DNA of 64,000 bases from an uncultured Gammaproteobacteria bacterium (GTDB lineage Bacteria > Pseudomonadota > Gammaproteobacteria > JABDGN01): NCBI GenBank assembly GCA_963975985.1, contig CAXBIY010000003.1, positions 129,539-193,538 on the forward strand, given 5' to 3'. A program made the position numbers and the translations under genes. Under the pieces are notes generated by a model. It did not search any database. It saw only the letters and a list, made by a program, of their open reading frames with translations, and was not told where the DNA came from. Shown here piece after piece: positions 28,752 to 39,634 of the stretch (position 1 is its first letter; each line of letters starts with the position of its first letter).

Positions 28752-30290
28752 ATGTCATTAATTACAAACACAAATCGCAAATGGTGGGTACTCATCGGTG
28801 TTAGCCTCGCTAACTTCCTCGGCTGTGTCGATTTCACAATCGTTAACACTGCTCTCCCCGCTATTCAATCAAGCCTACATGCAAGCGTCGATCAGTTGCA
28901 GTGGATCATTAACATCTTTCTATTAGCACTCTGCGCACTGATGGTCATCATGGGCCGCCTCGGCGACATTCATGGCCGACGCAAAGTCTTATACATGGGT
29001 ATGGTAGCCTTTGGCTTATCATCATTAGGTGCTGGGCTTTCGACTAACATTGATATGCTTATCATCTTCCGTTTATTTCAAGGTATCTCCACTGCCATTC
29101 TTTACACGGTTGCTGGTGCACTCGTAGCCCACACATTTGATAAAGCCGAACGCGGTAAAGCCATGGGCATCATGTTTGGTGTTGCAGGCATAGGCTTAGC
29201 CGTTGGCCCTGTGCTCGGCGGTATTTTAGTCGGCGCGTTAAGCTGGCGTTGGGTGTTCTTAGTGAATGTGCCTGTTATTATTTTAAGCTTTGCAATTTGC
29301 ATCCCTAGCGTTCAAGAATCAAAAAACACAGAACATGGATCACGCATTGATTGGTTAGGTTTTGTATTTTTAAGTCTTGGCTTAGGTAGCTTGATTTTAG
29401 GCATGGTAAAAGGCGATGAATGGGGCTGGATATCTGCTACGACCATCGTAACGTTTGCGATTGCTATCGCTAGCTTTATTACCCTTTATTATGTCGAAAA
29501 ACGCACTGACTCACCTATCATTAAGTTTGAGTTATTCACTAACCGTTATTTCATCACCAGTATTCTGGCGACATTTAGCTTAGGCTTCTTTTATTGCTTA
29601 GCCTTTTTCTTAATGCCATTATTCTTACATAACATGCAAGGTTACGATGGCTTCAAACTTGGCTTCATGCTGTTACCGACTACCGCTGTGATGGCAATCT
29701 TATCGCCTTTCGTTGGCCGCGCGACGGATAAATATGGCCCTAAACCTTTATTGATTATTGGCTTCATATTCTTCGTGATTTGCGCAGCCTTGCAACTCGG
29801 CTTCCATGCTAACAGCAGTGTATGGTTCATCGCCCTCACCTTTGCCACCATGGGCGTAGGCTGGGCCGCGATTCTTGGGCCAGCATCAGTCGCAGCCATT
29901 TCAGCCGTGCCTGATAGCGCGACTGGCGTTGCTATGGGTTCCGCTTGGACCTTACATAATGTCGGCGGTGTGATTGGTTTAGCGCTCGGCACAGTGGTCT
30001 ATCACTACCTTGCTAAAAGTGTATTCCCTGCTGCAAGATGGGCTGATAAGGTCGTATCAAACCCTGATAGCGCCATCCAAACACTCACGCAACACTTGCA
30101 CATCAGCGCTAGCAAAGCGACTACCTTGTTACAACACAGCTTCATGGGCGGTTACCACGGTGCTATGGTGTTATTGATGGTGGTATCAGTGATTGCTTTA
30201 CTCGTAATTGGTTTGGCCATGCCAAAACAAAAAGCTGCTGTTCATGTTGACGTAAATGAACTAGGTGAAACGGATATTCATAAGATTTAG
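28752..30290 (+). CDS. MFS transporter, DHA2 (14-TMS, EmrB/QacA-like) drug efflux
   Basis: 512 aa, 14 predicted TM helices, motif 'GRLGDIHGRRK'. Confidence 0.8.
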   Translation: MSLITNTNRKWWVLIGVSLANFLGCVDFTIVNTALPAIQSSLHASVDQLQWIINIFLLALCALMVIMGRLGDIHGRRKVLYMGMVAFGLSSLGAGLSTNIDMLIIFRLFQGISTAILYTVAGALVAHTFDKAERGKAMGIMFGVAGIGLAVGPVLGGILVGALSWRWVFLVNVPVIILSFAICIPSVQESKNTEHGSRIDWLGFVFLSLGLGSLILGMVKGDEWGWISATTIVTFAIAIASFITLYYVEKRTDSPIIKFELFTNRYFITSILATFSLGFFYCLAFFLMPLFLHNMQGYDGFKLGFMLLPTTAVMAILSPFVGRATDKYGPKPLLIIGFIFFVICAALQLGFHANSSVWFIALTFATMGVGWAAILGPASVAAISAVPDSATGVAMGSAWTLHNVGGVIGLALGTVVYHYLAKSVFPAARWADKVVSNPDSAIQTLTQHLHISASKATTLLQHSFMGGYHGAMVLLMVVSVIALLVIGLAMPKQKAAVHVDVNELGETDIHKI

Positions 30291-30337
30291 TCGAAATATA
30301 GTTCGGCAAGTTTTTAAACACATGCTAAAATTGTTGC

Positions 30338-31192
30338 ATGTATCAAGCATTTATCAGCAACCATCAAATCTTACACGGCGCCTTTAATAGCGTCGTGTGT
30401 TTGCTTTTTATTATTTTAGCTAGCTTTACCAGTTATTGGTTTATCCGTAAAAAAACCGATAGCAAGCGTCGCTTAAAACAATACAAGCATCGCGTTGTGT
30501 ACCTTGCCATTTTTATTTATTTGATTTTTTTAGGCCGCATTTGGATTTCAGGCTTTACACATTTAGTCACCATGCTGAGTTTGGTAGCGGCTGGTTTGGT
30601 GGTGGTCAACAAAGAATCCGTCATGAACATGGTGGGGTCACTCATTATTAATTGGCGTAATTTATTTTCTGAAGGCGACTGCATTAAAATTGGCGAGCAA
30701 ATGGGGTATGTTCGGCACCTCGGGCTTTTGTATATTGCCATCGATGAAATCGACAAAGATTTTAATTCATTAATGACAGGGAGAATGATTAAAATTCCAA
30801 ACAGCTTGGTGATTACAACCAGCATTACTAATTATTCCCAAAATTCAAAATTAACTAAAATTAAACTGAGTTTTATTTTTACGCCTGAAAGTAATATTGA
30901 TAAAGCTGAAACTATCATGAAAGATATCGCAAAAAATATCGTCAATGATAATTATCAAATCACCGATGAAAATGACAATTTTATTATCCGTAAAAATAAA
31001 GGCTTAGCTAAGTTGGTCGATGCCAACCCTAATACAGCGCTCAGCTTTCGCAATGAGCCGCCTGTCGGCGTTGAAGTTGTACTCTTCTGTTATTGTTTCA
31101 TGAAAGATCAAATCGCCATCCGCAATGCAATGATCAAAGGTATTGTTGACATGATTACTCAAGCTGATGATATTACTTATATCAGCAAGTAG
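30338..31192 (+). CDS. MscS-family mechanosensitive channel-like protein
   Basis: TM helices followed by 'GDCIKIGEQMGYVRHLGLLYIAIDEID...IPNSLVITTSITNYS', the MscS beta-domain pattern. Confidence 0.55.
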   Translation: MYQAFISNHQILHGAFNSVVCLLFIILASFTSYWFIRKKTDSKRRLKQYKHRVVYLAIFIYLIFLGRIWISGFTHLVTMLSLVAAGLVVVNKESVMNMVGSLIINWRNLFSEGDCIKIGEQMGYVRHLGLLYIAIDEIDKDFNSLMTGRMIKIPNSLVITTSITNYSQNSKLTKIKLSFIFTPESNIDKAETIMKDIAKNIVNDNYQITDENDNFIIRKNKGLAKLVDANPNTALSFRNEPPVGVEVVLFCYCFMKDQIAIRNAMIKGIVDMITQADDITYISK

Positions 31193-32993
31193 CCGCTCTT
31201 TCATCGGCTATCACCGCTAAAAATATTTCACCGTAGCGCTTTATCTTCGCTGCACCGACACCACTGATTTCGGCCATTTGTCCTGGCGTTGTGGGCTTCA
31301 TTTTAGCTAGCTCAATGAGTGTTTTATCATGAAAAATAACATACGGCGGAACATTTTGCTCTTTCGATAATGCTAAACGTGTTGCTCGCAAGGCTTCGAA
31401 TAATGTTTTCTCTGCATCATTTTCTAAATTAGCCATAACCTTGGCTTTACGCTCGCGTGTTGGTTTTGTGGGTTTAACGTATTCACGTAATTCTAATGGT
31501 TGCTTTTGTTGGATGAAAGTTTTGCCTTCGATAGTTATGCTTAATCCACCATGGCCGGTGATATCGACTTGTAATAAGTTATGGGCCACGAGCTGGCGGA
31601 AGATGGTTTGCCACTGGCGCTTGTCGTATTCTTTACCTATACCATAGGTGCTCAGTTGATCATGCTGAAAGTTTTTGATGCGGATGTTGTCGGTGGCGAG
31701 TAGCACATCGATTAAATAGCTAACACCAAAGCGAGAGCCGGTGCGGTAAACGCAGGATAAGGCTTTTTGGGCAGCAATAGTGGCATCGAAGGTTTTGGGC
31801 TTTTCGTCGCAGGTGTCGCAATTACCGCAAGGTTCGCAATGGTCACCAAAGTAATCTAATAATATTTGTCGGCGGCATTTGGTGGCTTCGCATAAACCTA
31901 GTAAGGCGTTTAACTTTTGTTGTTCGATGCGTTTTTGTTTATCGGGTGAATCACCATTTTCGATAAACATACGCTGCATCGCGGCATCGCTTAAGCCATA
32001 TGACATCCAGGCATCTGCTGGCAAGCCATCGCGCCCTGCTCGGCCGGTTTCTTGATAATAAGCTTCGATATTTTTAGGGATATTCATGTGCGCGACAAAT
32101 CGCACATTGGGTTTGTCGATACCCATGCCAAAAGCAATAGTGGCCACCATGATGACATTTTCTTGTTTGATGAATTTATCTTGGTTTTTATTGCGTTGTG
32201 GCGCACTCATGCCCGCATGGTATGGCAAAGCGTTTAAGCCTTCTTTTTTTAGCCATTCGGCGGTGTCGTCAACTTTTTTACGTGATAGACAGTAAACGAT
32301 ACCACTATCGCCATCGTGTTCTGTGTTGATGAACTGTAGGAGCATTTTTTTGCTGTTGCTGCTGGTGGTAATTTGGTAATGGATGTTGGGGCGATCAAAA
32401 CCTGCCACAAAGGTTTTACCATCACTAAGGCATAACCGTTCGATGATATCTTTTCGGGTGGGTGTGTCCGCTGTTGCTGTTAAGGCAATACGCGGAATAT
32501 TAGGAAACTTTTCCGCTAGGATGGATAACTGTGCGTACTCAGGGCGAAAATCATGGCCCCATTGTGATACGCAGTGGGCTTCGTCAATGGCGAATAAAGC
32601 AATGGGGGATTCTGCTAGCAATTCTTGAAAGCTATCCATCAGCAAGCGCTCAGGTGCGACGTAGACGATATCTAATTCACCTTTGCGTAATAATTGCTGG
32701 GCTTCGTTGCTTTCTTGTAGGGTTAGACTTGAATTGATAGCTCGGGCTTTGATGCCGAGTTGTTGTAATGCTACGACTTGATCTTGCATTAAAGCGATCA
32801 ATGGCGACACAATGACACCCACACCGTTTCGACATAGCGATGGAATTTGATAACACAGTGATTTACCGCCACCGGTTGGCATTAATACGAAAGCATTTTT
32901 GCCAGCAACGACATGATCGATAATAGCGGCTTGTTCGCCACGAAAGGTATCATAACCGTAGATGGTTTTTAGGATTTGTTTAGGTGTTTTCAT
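31182..32993 (-). CDS. recQ: ATP-dependent DNA helicase RecQ
   Basis: 'LMPTGGGKSLCYQ', DEAH box 'IDEAHCVSQWGHDFRPEY', zinc-binding Cys cluster, RQC and HRDC regions. Confidence 0.9.
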   Translation of the reverse strand: MKTPKQILKTIYGYDTFRGEQAAIIDHVVAGKNAFVLMPTGGGKSLCYQIPSLCRNGVGVIVSPLIALMQDQVVALQQLGIKARAINSSLTLQESNEAQQLLRKGELDIVYVAPERLLMDSFQELLAESPIALFAIDEAHCVSQWGHDFRPEYAQLSILAEKFPNIPRIALTATADTPTRKDIIERLCLSDGKTFVAGFDRPNIHYQITTSSNSKKMLLQFINTEHDGDSGIVYCLSRKKVDDTAEWLKKEGLNALPYHAGMSAPQRNKNQDKFIKQENVIMVATIAFGMGIDKPNVRFVAHMNIPKNIEAYYQETGRAGRDGLPADAWMSYGLSDAAMQRMFIENGDSPDKQKRIEQQKLNALLGLCEATKCRRQILLDYFGDHCEPCGNCDTCDEKPKTFDATIAAQKALSCVYRTGSRFGVSYLIDVLLATDNIRIKNFQHDQLSTYGIGKEYDKRQWQTIFRQLVAHNLLQVDITGHGGLSITIEGKTFIQQKQPLELREYVKPTKPTRERKAKVMANLENDAEKTLFEALRATRLALSKEQNVPPYVIFHDKTLIELAKMKPTTPGQMAEISGVGAAKIKRYGEIFLAVIADERAATC

Positions 32994-33020
32994 TGTTTCT
33001 TCTCAGTTCCCGATGCTGAT

Positions 33021-33129
33021 GTAGGGTGGATAAAAGATTCACATCGCGAATCATATCTACCACTCAGCCTATATCCAACACCGCTGGTGGATATGTCCGC
33101 GCTGCCGCGTGAACTTTTATCCACCCTAC
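33021..33129. repeat. MITE-like palindromic element (copy 4)
   Basis: 109 bp with TIRs GTAGGGTGGATAAAAG / CTTTTATCCACCCTAC; between recQ and the MFS gene. Confidence 0.7.
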
Positions 33130-33167
33130 TTTAGTACAGCAGTTCATTTGTGTGCGTGTTAAGAAAA

Positions 33168-34343
33168 TTAATTCACCTTCGTGAAAATATAATTTATCAA
33201 AGCCAAAACCGCAACAATCAAAATACAAATAGCATATGACATCGATGATGTGACCGGCCAATGCATCATTATCGTGCCGATAACGGCTGAGATTGTAAAC
33301 TGTGTGCAACCTAATGTAGCAGATGCTGTGCCAGCGATATGACCAAATGGTTCTAATGCGCCTGATGCAGCTGGGCCGACAAAAAAGGCAGCCCCGACAC
33401 AGGCGATGACGGTTGTGACCATGAAGCTAGTAAGACTTAAGCCATAAAGCTGATACCAGGCTAGCATTAAAATACCACCTATGAATATCAATATCAGACC
33501 TATTTTAATTGTGTGCTCGATACCTATCTTCACTACGACCTTACCACTAACAACACTACCCATCGCAATTACAATGCCAAAAATTGCAAAATAATAACCA
33601 AAATGCTCAACCGAGACATGCAGTAACTTAATAATAATAAACGGTGACACGGAGAAGAAACAAAAGAATACGGTGATACCGAAACCAGCAAACAAACCGT
33701 AACGTAAAAATTGTCGGTTAGTGAAAATACCCCAGTAACGTTTGAAAATCGCAAAATCAAATGGCACGCGTTTCTTCATGGGTAATGTTTCAGTAATAGT
33801 CAACTTAGTTAAGATTAAAGCCAAAGCACCTAAACCGACTAAGAACCAAAACACAGCGCTCCAGCCTAACCATACAGCTAAATAACCACCAATAATTGGT
33901 GCGAACGTGGGTGACACCCCAATAGCACCATTTAAAAAACTGTATAGCTGTGCACCTTCATCACCCGAATACATATCACGGATAATGGCAAACGCGACAG
34001 CTAACATGCCGCACGTTCCAAAGGCACACACAACGCGGGCGATCACTAACACGGTAATATTCGGGGCCAATGCACAAGCCGCTGAACCGATAATAAAAAA
34101 GCAGCACGAAAATAACATCGCCCGATAACGACCAATTTGATCAGACAAAGGCCCAACAAACAATTGCCCAACACCAGCGGTTAATAAAAATAAACTTAGG
34201 GTTAATTGAATGTTCGCTTGTGACGTATGAAACAACACTTTCATTTCTGGCACGATAGGCACGTAAATATCTAAACCAAACGCAAAGCTAAATACGAACG
34301 GCGCTAGAATTAAAATTAAGGTTGAAGTTTTGTAATGTTTCAT
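33168..34343 (-). CDS. MFS transporter (Bcr/CflA subfamily)
   Basis: 12 TMS; 'GPLSDQIGRYRAM' motif. Confidence 0.8.
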   Translation of the reverse strand: MKHYKTSTLILILAPFVFSFAFGLDIYVPIVPEMKVLFHTSQANIQLTLSLFLLTAGVGQLFVGPLSDQIGRYRAMLFSCCFFIIGSAACALAPNITVLVIARVVCAFGTCGMLAVAFAIIRDMYSGDEGAQLYSFLNGAIGVSPTFAPIIGGYLAVWLGWSAVFWFLVGLGALALILTKLTITETLPMKKRVPFDFAIFKRYWGIFTNRQFLRYGLFAGFGITVFFCFFSVSPFIIIKLLHVSVEHFGYYFAIFGIVIAMGSVVSGKVVVKIGIEHTIKIGLILIFIGGILMLAWYQLYGLSLTSFMVTTVIACVGAAFFVGPAASGALEPFGHIAGTASATLGCTQFTISAVIGTIMMHWPVTSSMSYAICILIVAVLALINYIFTKVN

Positions 34344-34350
34344 TGGGGCG

Positions 34351-35547
34351 TTATTGTTCTCGTAATTGACATAGCGGATTCTTCCACACTAAAAAGTAAA
34401 AGGCAACAATCGCTGCCAGCGTTAACACAGTTAATGCAAAGGCTAATGGTAATTGTGAATTAACATGGAAATCACTAGCGGCTGAGCTGACGATACCCGA
34501 GCCCATTAACATTAAGCCGCTTTGCAAGGCCCCTGCTGTGCCCGCATGCTTAGGGTATAACATCATACCTGCCGCACCGGCGTTAGTTAAGGCCATACTG
34601 TTGCCCACCATATAAATAGCCATCGGAATAATAATGACATAGGTATTTAACCAAGCACTTAGCGCGAGCATTAATACGCTGCCGGTTAATAACAAGCTTA
34701 ACCCTAGCATGATTAACACTTCAACATTATATTTGTCTGCTAAGCGCGATGAGATAAATGAACCCAGGGCATAGCCGCCAATAATCACGACCGATAACCA
34801 GCCGTACATTTCTGGCGTAATGTGCAACTGACCTTGCAATAAAAAAGGTGCAATAACGGTGTAAAGCATTTCACCCGCAAATGCTAAAACTAAACATATC
34901 ATTAAACCAATGTAGGCTTTGTTATTAAGAATGAAGACGTAGTCTTGCGCCATGTTTTTGGCTGAAAATTTCTTTTCACTACTGTGACGATTAGTTTCTG
35001 GCAAAATGAAAAATAAGCATACAATAATAATAGCCGCGTAAACCAGCATAAAAACAAAATTACCGCGCCAACCGACTAAAGTTTCAATATAGCCACCTAT
35101 TACTTGCGCAATGATGGGCGTGACAGCAACCCCCATACTCATGTAAGCCGAGGCTTTTATAAATGCTTTACCATCAAACGTATCTTTGCTAATGGCTCGC
35201 GCCAAACCTGCGCTGCCCAATCCTAAACCCTGCACCACGCGTGCAAATAGCATGATTGTAATATCTTGCGCAAATAGCGTTATCACAGAGCCGACTAAAA
35301 ATACGCACATGCCGGTGAGTAATATATGTTTACGACCGAATCTATCTGACAGTGGCCCATAGATAAACATGGAGCCACCGTATGCGATGAGAATAAATGT
35401 GTACGTCCATTGCGCATGCAAGGGATCGGTTGCCAACGCCTGTTGCATAGCCGGCAGTGACGGCAAGTAAACAGCACAAGCAAATTGTCCGATCGTGATA
35501 ACGAGAAATGCCATCAGCAAAATCATATAAGGATTTTTATTTGTCAT
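34351..35547 (-). CDS. MFS transporter (Bcr/CflA subfamily), tandem to the previous
   Basis: 12 TMS; 'GPLSDRFGRKHIL' motif. Confidence 0.8.
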   Translation of the reverse strand: MTNKNPYMILLMAFLVITIGQFACAVYLPSLPAMQQALATDPLHAQWTYTFILIAYGGSMFIYGPLSDRFGRKHILLTGMCVFLVGSVITLFAQDITIMLFARVVQGLGLGSAGLARAISKDTFDGKAFIKASAYMSMGVAVTPIIAQVIGGYIETLVGWRGNFVFMLVYAAIIIVCLFFILPETNRHSSEKKFSAKNMAQDYVFILNNKAYIGLMICLVLAFAGEMLYTVIAPFLLQGQLHITPEMYGWLSVVIIGGYALGSFISSRLADKYNVEVLIMLGLSLLLTGSVLMLALSAWLNTYVIIIPMAIYMVGNSMALTNAGAAGMMLYPKHAGTAGALQSGLMLMGSGIVSSAASDFHVNSQLPLAFALTVLTLAAIVAFYFLVWKNPLCQLREQ

Positions 35548-35610
35548 ATTAATCAGTGCTCAGTTATCAGAACGTGACATTGTAACAAATTTTGAACGGA
35601 CAACTGGTGG

Positions 35611-35958
35611 CTAAACCGTAATGAAAGTTTTATTGCGAATCACCCATTCGCCACCCATTTTCACTAACGTGATGTAATCGATAAAATATTGACCAGTTCC
35701 TAACACCTTAGCTTTGACCGATGCGATGTCATGAGTAACATCCATTTCAACAATTTGCTTATCGAACAGCGCACCTTCGCTCGCCTCGGACTCACGGCTG
35801 CAGATGCGCTCAACAAATTGTTCGCGCGTCCAATCGACATACTCACCATGAAACTTACCATTGATATGGCAATCAGGATGAAACGCTCGCTTCAACTTAT
35901 CGGCATTCGCTTCATAAGTTCCTTCAAAATAAAACCCTACAACTTCTTCAATACTCAT
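35611..35958 (-). CDS. NTF2-like/SnoaL-like small protein
   Basis: 115 aa; composition consistent with an alpha+beta cone fold; weak call. Confidence 0.45.
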   Translation of the reverse strand: MSIEEVVGFYFEGTYEANADKLKRAFHPDCHINGKFHGEYVDWTREQFVERICSRESEASEGALFDKQIVEMDVTHDIASVKAKVLGTGQYFIDYITLVKMGGEWVIRNKTFITV

Positions 35959-36088
35959 CTTTTCACCTCTATTTTTCCCTGATGACTGTTTGTGAGGTGT
36001 GCTATTATAGCGTTAACAATGATTGATGCACCCGTAATGACTACGCTGTGGATTAACATGCCAATAACCCAGTAACACCATAATTGCT

Positions 36089-36544
36089 ATGCCAAAATTA
36101 AATTTAAACACCCCTTGCGTAGGCGTCTGCTCTACTGTTTATGGTGATCATGTTTGCCGTGGCTGCAAACGTTTTGCAAAAGAAGTGATCAACTGGAATA
36201 AATATGACACCATCCAGCAACAAGATGTATTTAACCGTTTGGGTGCGTTAATAATTGAGGTGATGCGTGAGCGCGTTAACATCGTTGACGAAAATTTACT
36301 CATTGAGCAAATGGATAAACTCAATTTACGCTATCGTGAAGAGCAACATCCTCTCACCTGGGCTTATTATTTGTTGCGTGCAGGCGCTAATAAAATAAAG
36401 GATATCTCAAAATATGGTCTGCGCTTAATCCCGCCTTATGAAAATACATCGCTGAACAAACTGTTCGATGACCTTGATGATGACTATTATCTTCACGCCC
36501 AACAAGCTTTTAATAAACTGAAAAGTATTACCGCTGCAAGTTAA
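36089..36544 (+). CDS. DUF1289-family Cys-rich protein with C-terminal extension
   Basis: 'PCVGVCSTVYGDHVCRGCKRFAKEVINW' matches the DUF1289 CxGxC...CxGCxR..E...W motif. Confidence 0.6.
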   Translation: MPKLNLNTPCVGVCSTVYGDHVCRGCKRFAKEVINWNKYDTIQQQDVFNRLGALIIEVMRERVNIVDENLLIEQMDKLNLRYREEQHPLTWAYYLLRAGANKIKDISKYGLRLIPPYENTSLNKLFDDLDDDYYLHAQQAFNKLKSITAAS

Positions 36545-36584
36545 GTTTCTGTATAATCATCAATAGCTTGCTAAGGAGAGAGAG

Positions 36585-38561
36585 ATGATACGGAAACTAT
36601 TGCTGACCACTGTATGTATTGCGCTTGTATTTAATGCTAATGCAGCAAAGATGGTTAGAGTCTGGCAACCCGTGAAGCAAAGTAATCTTTTGCAATTATT
36701 TTCTGTTGAAAACTCAGCTCAACTTACCAATGCACTTCCTCAATCTGATCTACTGCCAAGCACGAACCTGAATAACGACTATAGTTTGCGATTAGTTGCA
36801 GCGTCCCCTGCTAAATTAACAGCCTCTTATGCGCGTTATAATATGTTCTATAAGGGTATACTCGTTTGGGGCTTCCAGATTATTTATCATGTCCCCGTTG
36901 AAGCCAAGCACATCAATCCATTTATAACAGGCTCCTATCTTGCCGATTTAGATCAAGACATAAAAACGATCACCCCAACAATCACTAAACAAAAAGCGAT
37001 CTTAATCGCAAAAGCAATGTTTGCTGATAATGTTGCACAACATACTACTGGTTGGAAGCAGCAATACTCTCACCAGCAACTTATCATTTACACACCTCAT
37101 GTTAACCCCAACGAGCAAACCACTCAGGACGTGCAACCCGCATTAGCTTACAGGTTAGTCCTTTCTGCTTATCGCCCGGGTGACTCTGAGTATTACCCTG
37201 ATAGTGAACAATATACTTATGTTATCAATGCGCTGACCGGAGCTGTCATCACCAGCTATTCTTCCTTGCAAACCTTTGCAGAAAATAAACATTTACAAAA
37301 GCGCTCAATGATTACAAGCAAAAATGAGCCTCACGTAACACACACCTCGGTTTCCAGCCCTATGGCGACTCAGGTGACAGGTTCAGGGCCTGGCGGTAAT
37401 TCAAAGGCGGTCCCCGACATGACAAACGCCATGTGGTATGGTGCCGGAACGCCTACTTATACCCCGCTCAACATACCGAATGCCATTAGCTTTCATCAAG
37501 GCAGCCCTGGCATTTGCTACGCTGAACGCGTGTCAGCGCCGGCTTATCGCGTACTAAGAGTGGGAGATACAAAATTACCAGAATGGTATAGCGACAATAT
37601 TAGTACTGAGATTCTCACTAATCAACCTAATTATGCGACACCTGAAGATGCTTGCGACAGCGATAACGCTTATCAAAATAACTTAGACCAGGTGACCATT
37701 GGATCTGACACCACTTTTTCCCCCGTCAATGATGTCGAATTTGGTGCACAAATGACTTATAACTTAATCAAAGCGATTACCTTACCTGATGTGACCGTCG
37801 CACCGTTTGCGAATAAACAAGTAGTGATACTGACCCATATCTATAACACAGACAATGCTTTTGCTGTTCCTGCTTCTAGTGACTCGCCACAGCAATTACA
37901 TTTTGGTAATGGCATCTCACCACCAAATGGTCGATTTATTGTCTTGACGTCACTGGATGTTGTCGCTCATGAGATTGGACATCTAATACTGGATAACAAT
38001 GGTGCTCCTCTCACTTATGCCAATCAAAGTGGTGGTATCAACGAATCATTTGCTGACATGACAGCTAAAGTCGTACAGTCTTATGTTAGCACTCAAAGTG
38101 ATGACGCTTATCAATTTAACCCTGCACAACCTGACCCCTTTTGGACGGTTGGTAAAAATATTGAACAAAGCGCGAATACCGCCTTACGTTATATGTATGA
38201 TCCCCCGCTTGACCAAAGTTCAGGTGGAAAATCAATTCAGAATGCAAATAATTATACGCCTGGCTTAGACGTACATTATTCATCAGGAGTATACAACAAA
38301 GCTTTTTATGTCTTGTCCACTAGTTCGGGTTGGTCAATACAAAAAGCCTATACGGTCTTTCTTTATGCTGATGTTAAATATTGGCGTAATAGTCCAGATC
38401 AAACGTTTGGTACCGCCTGTATTGGTGCAATATCAGCAGCCTACATGCTATATGGCGCAACAGCACAAGCAAAAGTACTCTCGGTTTTAGAAGGTGTGGG
38501 TATCAAATGTAAACTGCCACATCAGTTTAAAGAAACGCTAGCACGGGACGCGCATCAATGA
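36585..38561 (+). CDS. Secreted M4 (thermolysin-like) zinc metalloprotease
   Basis: Signal peptide; 'VVAHEIGHLI' HEXXH and downstream 'GGINESFADM' third-ligand motif; TATAAT and AAGGAGAG upstream. Confidence 0.75.
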   Translation: MIRKLLLTTVCIALVFNANAAKMVRVWQPVKQSNLLQLFSVENSAQLTNALPQSDLLPSTNLNNDYSLRLVAASPAKLTASYARYNMFYKGILVWGFQIIYHVPVEAKHINPFITGSYLADLDQDIKTITPTITKQKAILIAKAMFADNVAQHTTGWKQQYSHQQLIIYTPHVNPNEQTTQDVQPALAYRLVLSAYRPGDSEYYPDSEQYTYVINALTGAVITSYSSLQTFAENKHLQKRSMITSKNEPHVTHTSVSSPMATQVTGSGPGGNSKAVPDMTNAMWYGAGTPTYTPLNIPNAISFHQGSPGICYAERVSAPAYRVLRVGDTKLPEWYSDNISTEILTNQPNYATPEDACDSDNAYQNNLDQVTIGSDTTFSPVNDVEFGAQMTYNLIKAITLPDVTVAPFANKQVVILTHIYNTDNAFAVPASSDSPQQLHFGNGISPPNGRFIVLTSLDVVAHEIGHLILDNNGAPLTYANQSGGINESFADMTAKVVQSYVSTQSDDAYQFNPAQPDPFWTVGKNIEQSANTALRYMYDPPLDQSSGGKSIQNANNYTPGLDVHYSSGVYNKAFYVLSTSSGWSIQKAYTVFLYADVKYWRNSPDQTFGTACIGAISAAYMLYGATAQAKVLSVLEGVGIKCKLPHQFKETLARDAHQ

Positions 38562-39298
38562 AAATTTTTAAACTATTAGTAACTAGCATCCTGCTCAGCA
38601 ATAGCTTAATGGCAATAGCAGATAACACAAACTCTGGGTGGTTTGTTGGTGGCTACGGAACTTATACCGGCACATCAAATAGTGCCACTATTACGCTGGA
38701 TAATCCATGGTTAACACCATCCCATTCCACACAATCACTCACTGCAAATTCTGGTAGCTACGGTTTAGGTATTATAGGAGGTTATCGCGGCGCTATCAGC
38801 AAACGTTTTTACTGGACGACAGAGCTACATTTGACACCTCAAGAATTTAACGGTGGTAACGCAGAATCGTCGGATGGTGTCACAATTAATGCTATATCCA
38901 AACAATTTTATGATACTGAGTTCCATTTAGGTTACACATATTACAGTGACCCTCGTGGATACAAAGGTGACATCTTTCTCGCAACAGGCGTTGCAGTCAA
39001 GCCCATGCAAGAAAAAGTCAGCTTTGCTTCTAGCGCCCAAGGCTCTTTCGTCAACATTGACCCGACCGAAACTAAGAATCAACTTGATCTCGGATATGTA
39101 ATAGGTGCCGGATTAAACTTCTTTATTGGTCATCATAATATGATACGTTTCCAATATAACTATATTGTTTATCCTGGACAAAATTCAGCTGATTTAAACC
39201 AAAGTTTTTACCCGCCTGCCATCATAGGTTCGCTTGGTAATATAAACATCAGCAACACAGACAACCAATTTAGCTTAGCGTACTTATATTTATTTTAA
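38558..39298 (+). CDS. Outer-membrane beta-barrel protein
   Basis: Signal peptide MKIFKLLVTSILLSNSLMAIA; alternating pattern ending 'LAYLYLF' (C-terminal Phe); ATGA-overlapped with the protease gene. Confidence 0.5.
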   Translation: MKIFKLLVTSILLSNSLMAIADNTNSGWFVGGYGTYTGTSNSATITLDNPWLTPSHSTQSLTANSGSYGLGIIGGYRGAISKRFYWTTELHLTPQEFNGGNAESSDGVTINAISKQFYDTEFHLGYTYYSDPRGYKGDIFLATGVAVKPMQEKVSFASSAQGSFVNIDPTETKNQLDLGYVIGAGLNFFIGHHNMIRFQYNYIVYPGQNSADLNQSFYPPAIIGSLGNINISNTDNQFSLAYLYLF

Positions 39299-39585
39299 GC
39301 GTCAGCTTTTATCCATGTTTGCAGCGCTTCAATAATTTTTTCAGCTTGGTCGACGCTGGAAATATTGAATTTTGATTTTGCTTGGTATTGTCCATTACGT
39401 TTCTGGTAACGGCGAATACTGAATTTGGGTGGGCCATATTCTTCTTTGGTACGGTTCCAATCTTGAAATTTATACATAATGGTTGACCATGCACCTTTGG
39501 TTAATACAACTTTATCAAGCTCTTTAACCGTATCAATCCCATCTTCGGTATACGTGATCGTTAATTCATCTACTGTTTCTGCCAT
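39295..39585 (-). CDS. Hypothetical protein (96 aa)
   Basis: ORF only. Confidence 0.3.
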   Translation of the reverse strand: MAETVDELTITYTEDGIDTVKELDKVVLTKGAWSTIMYKFQDWNRTKEEYGPPKFSIRRYQKRNGQYQAKSKFNISSVDQAEKIIEALQTWIKADA

Positions 39586-39634
39586 TTTCTCTCTCCTGTT
39601 TTAAGTTTTAGAGCTTGAAGCTTAGAGTACAATT

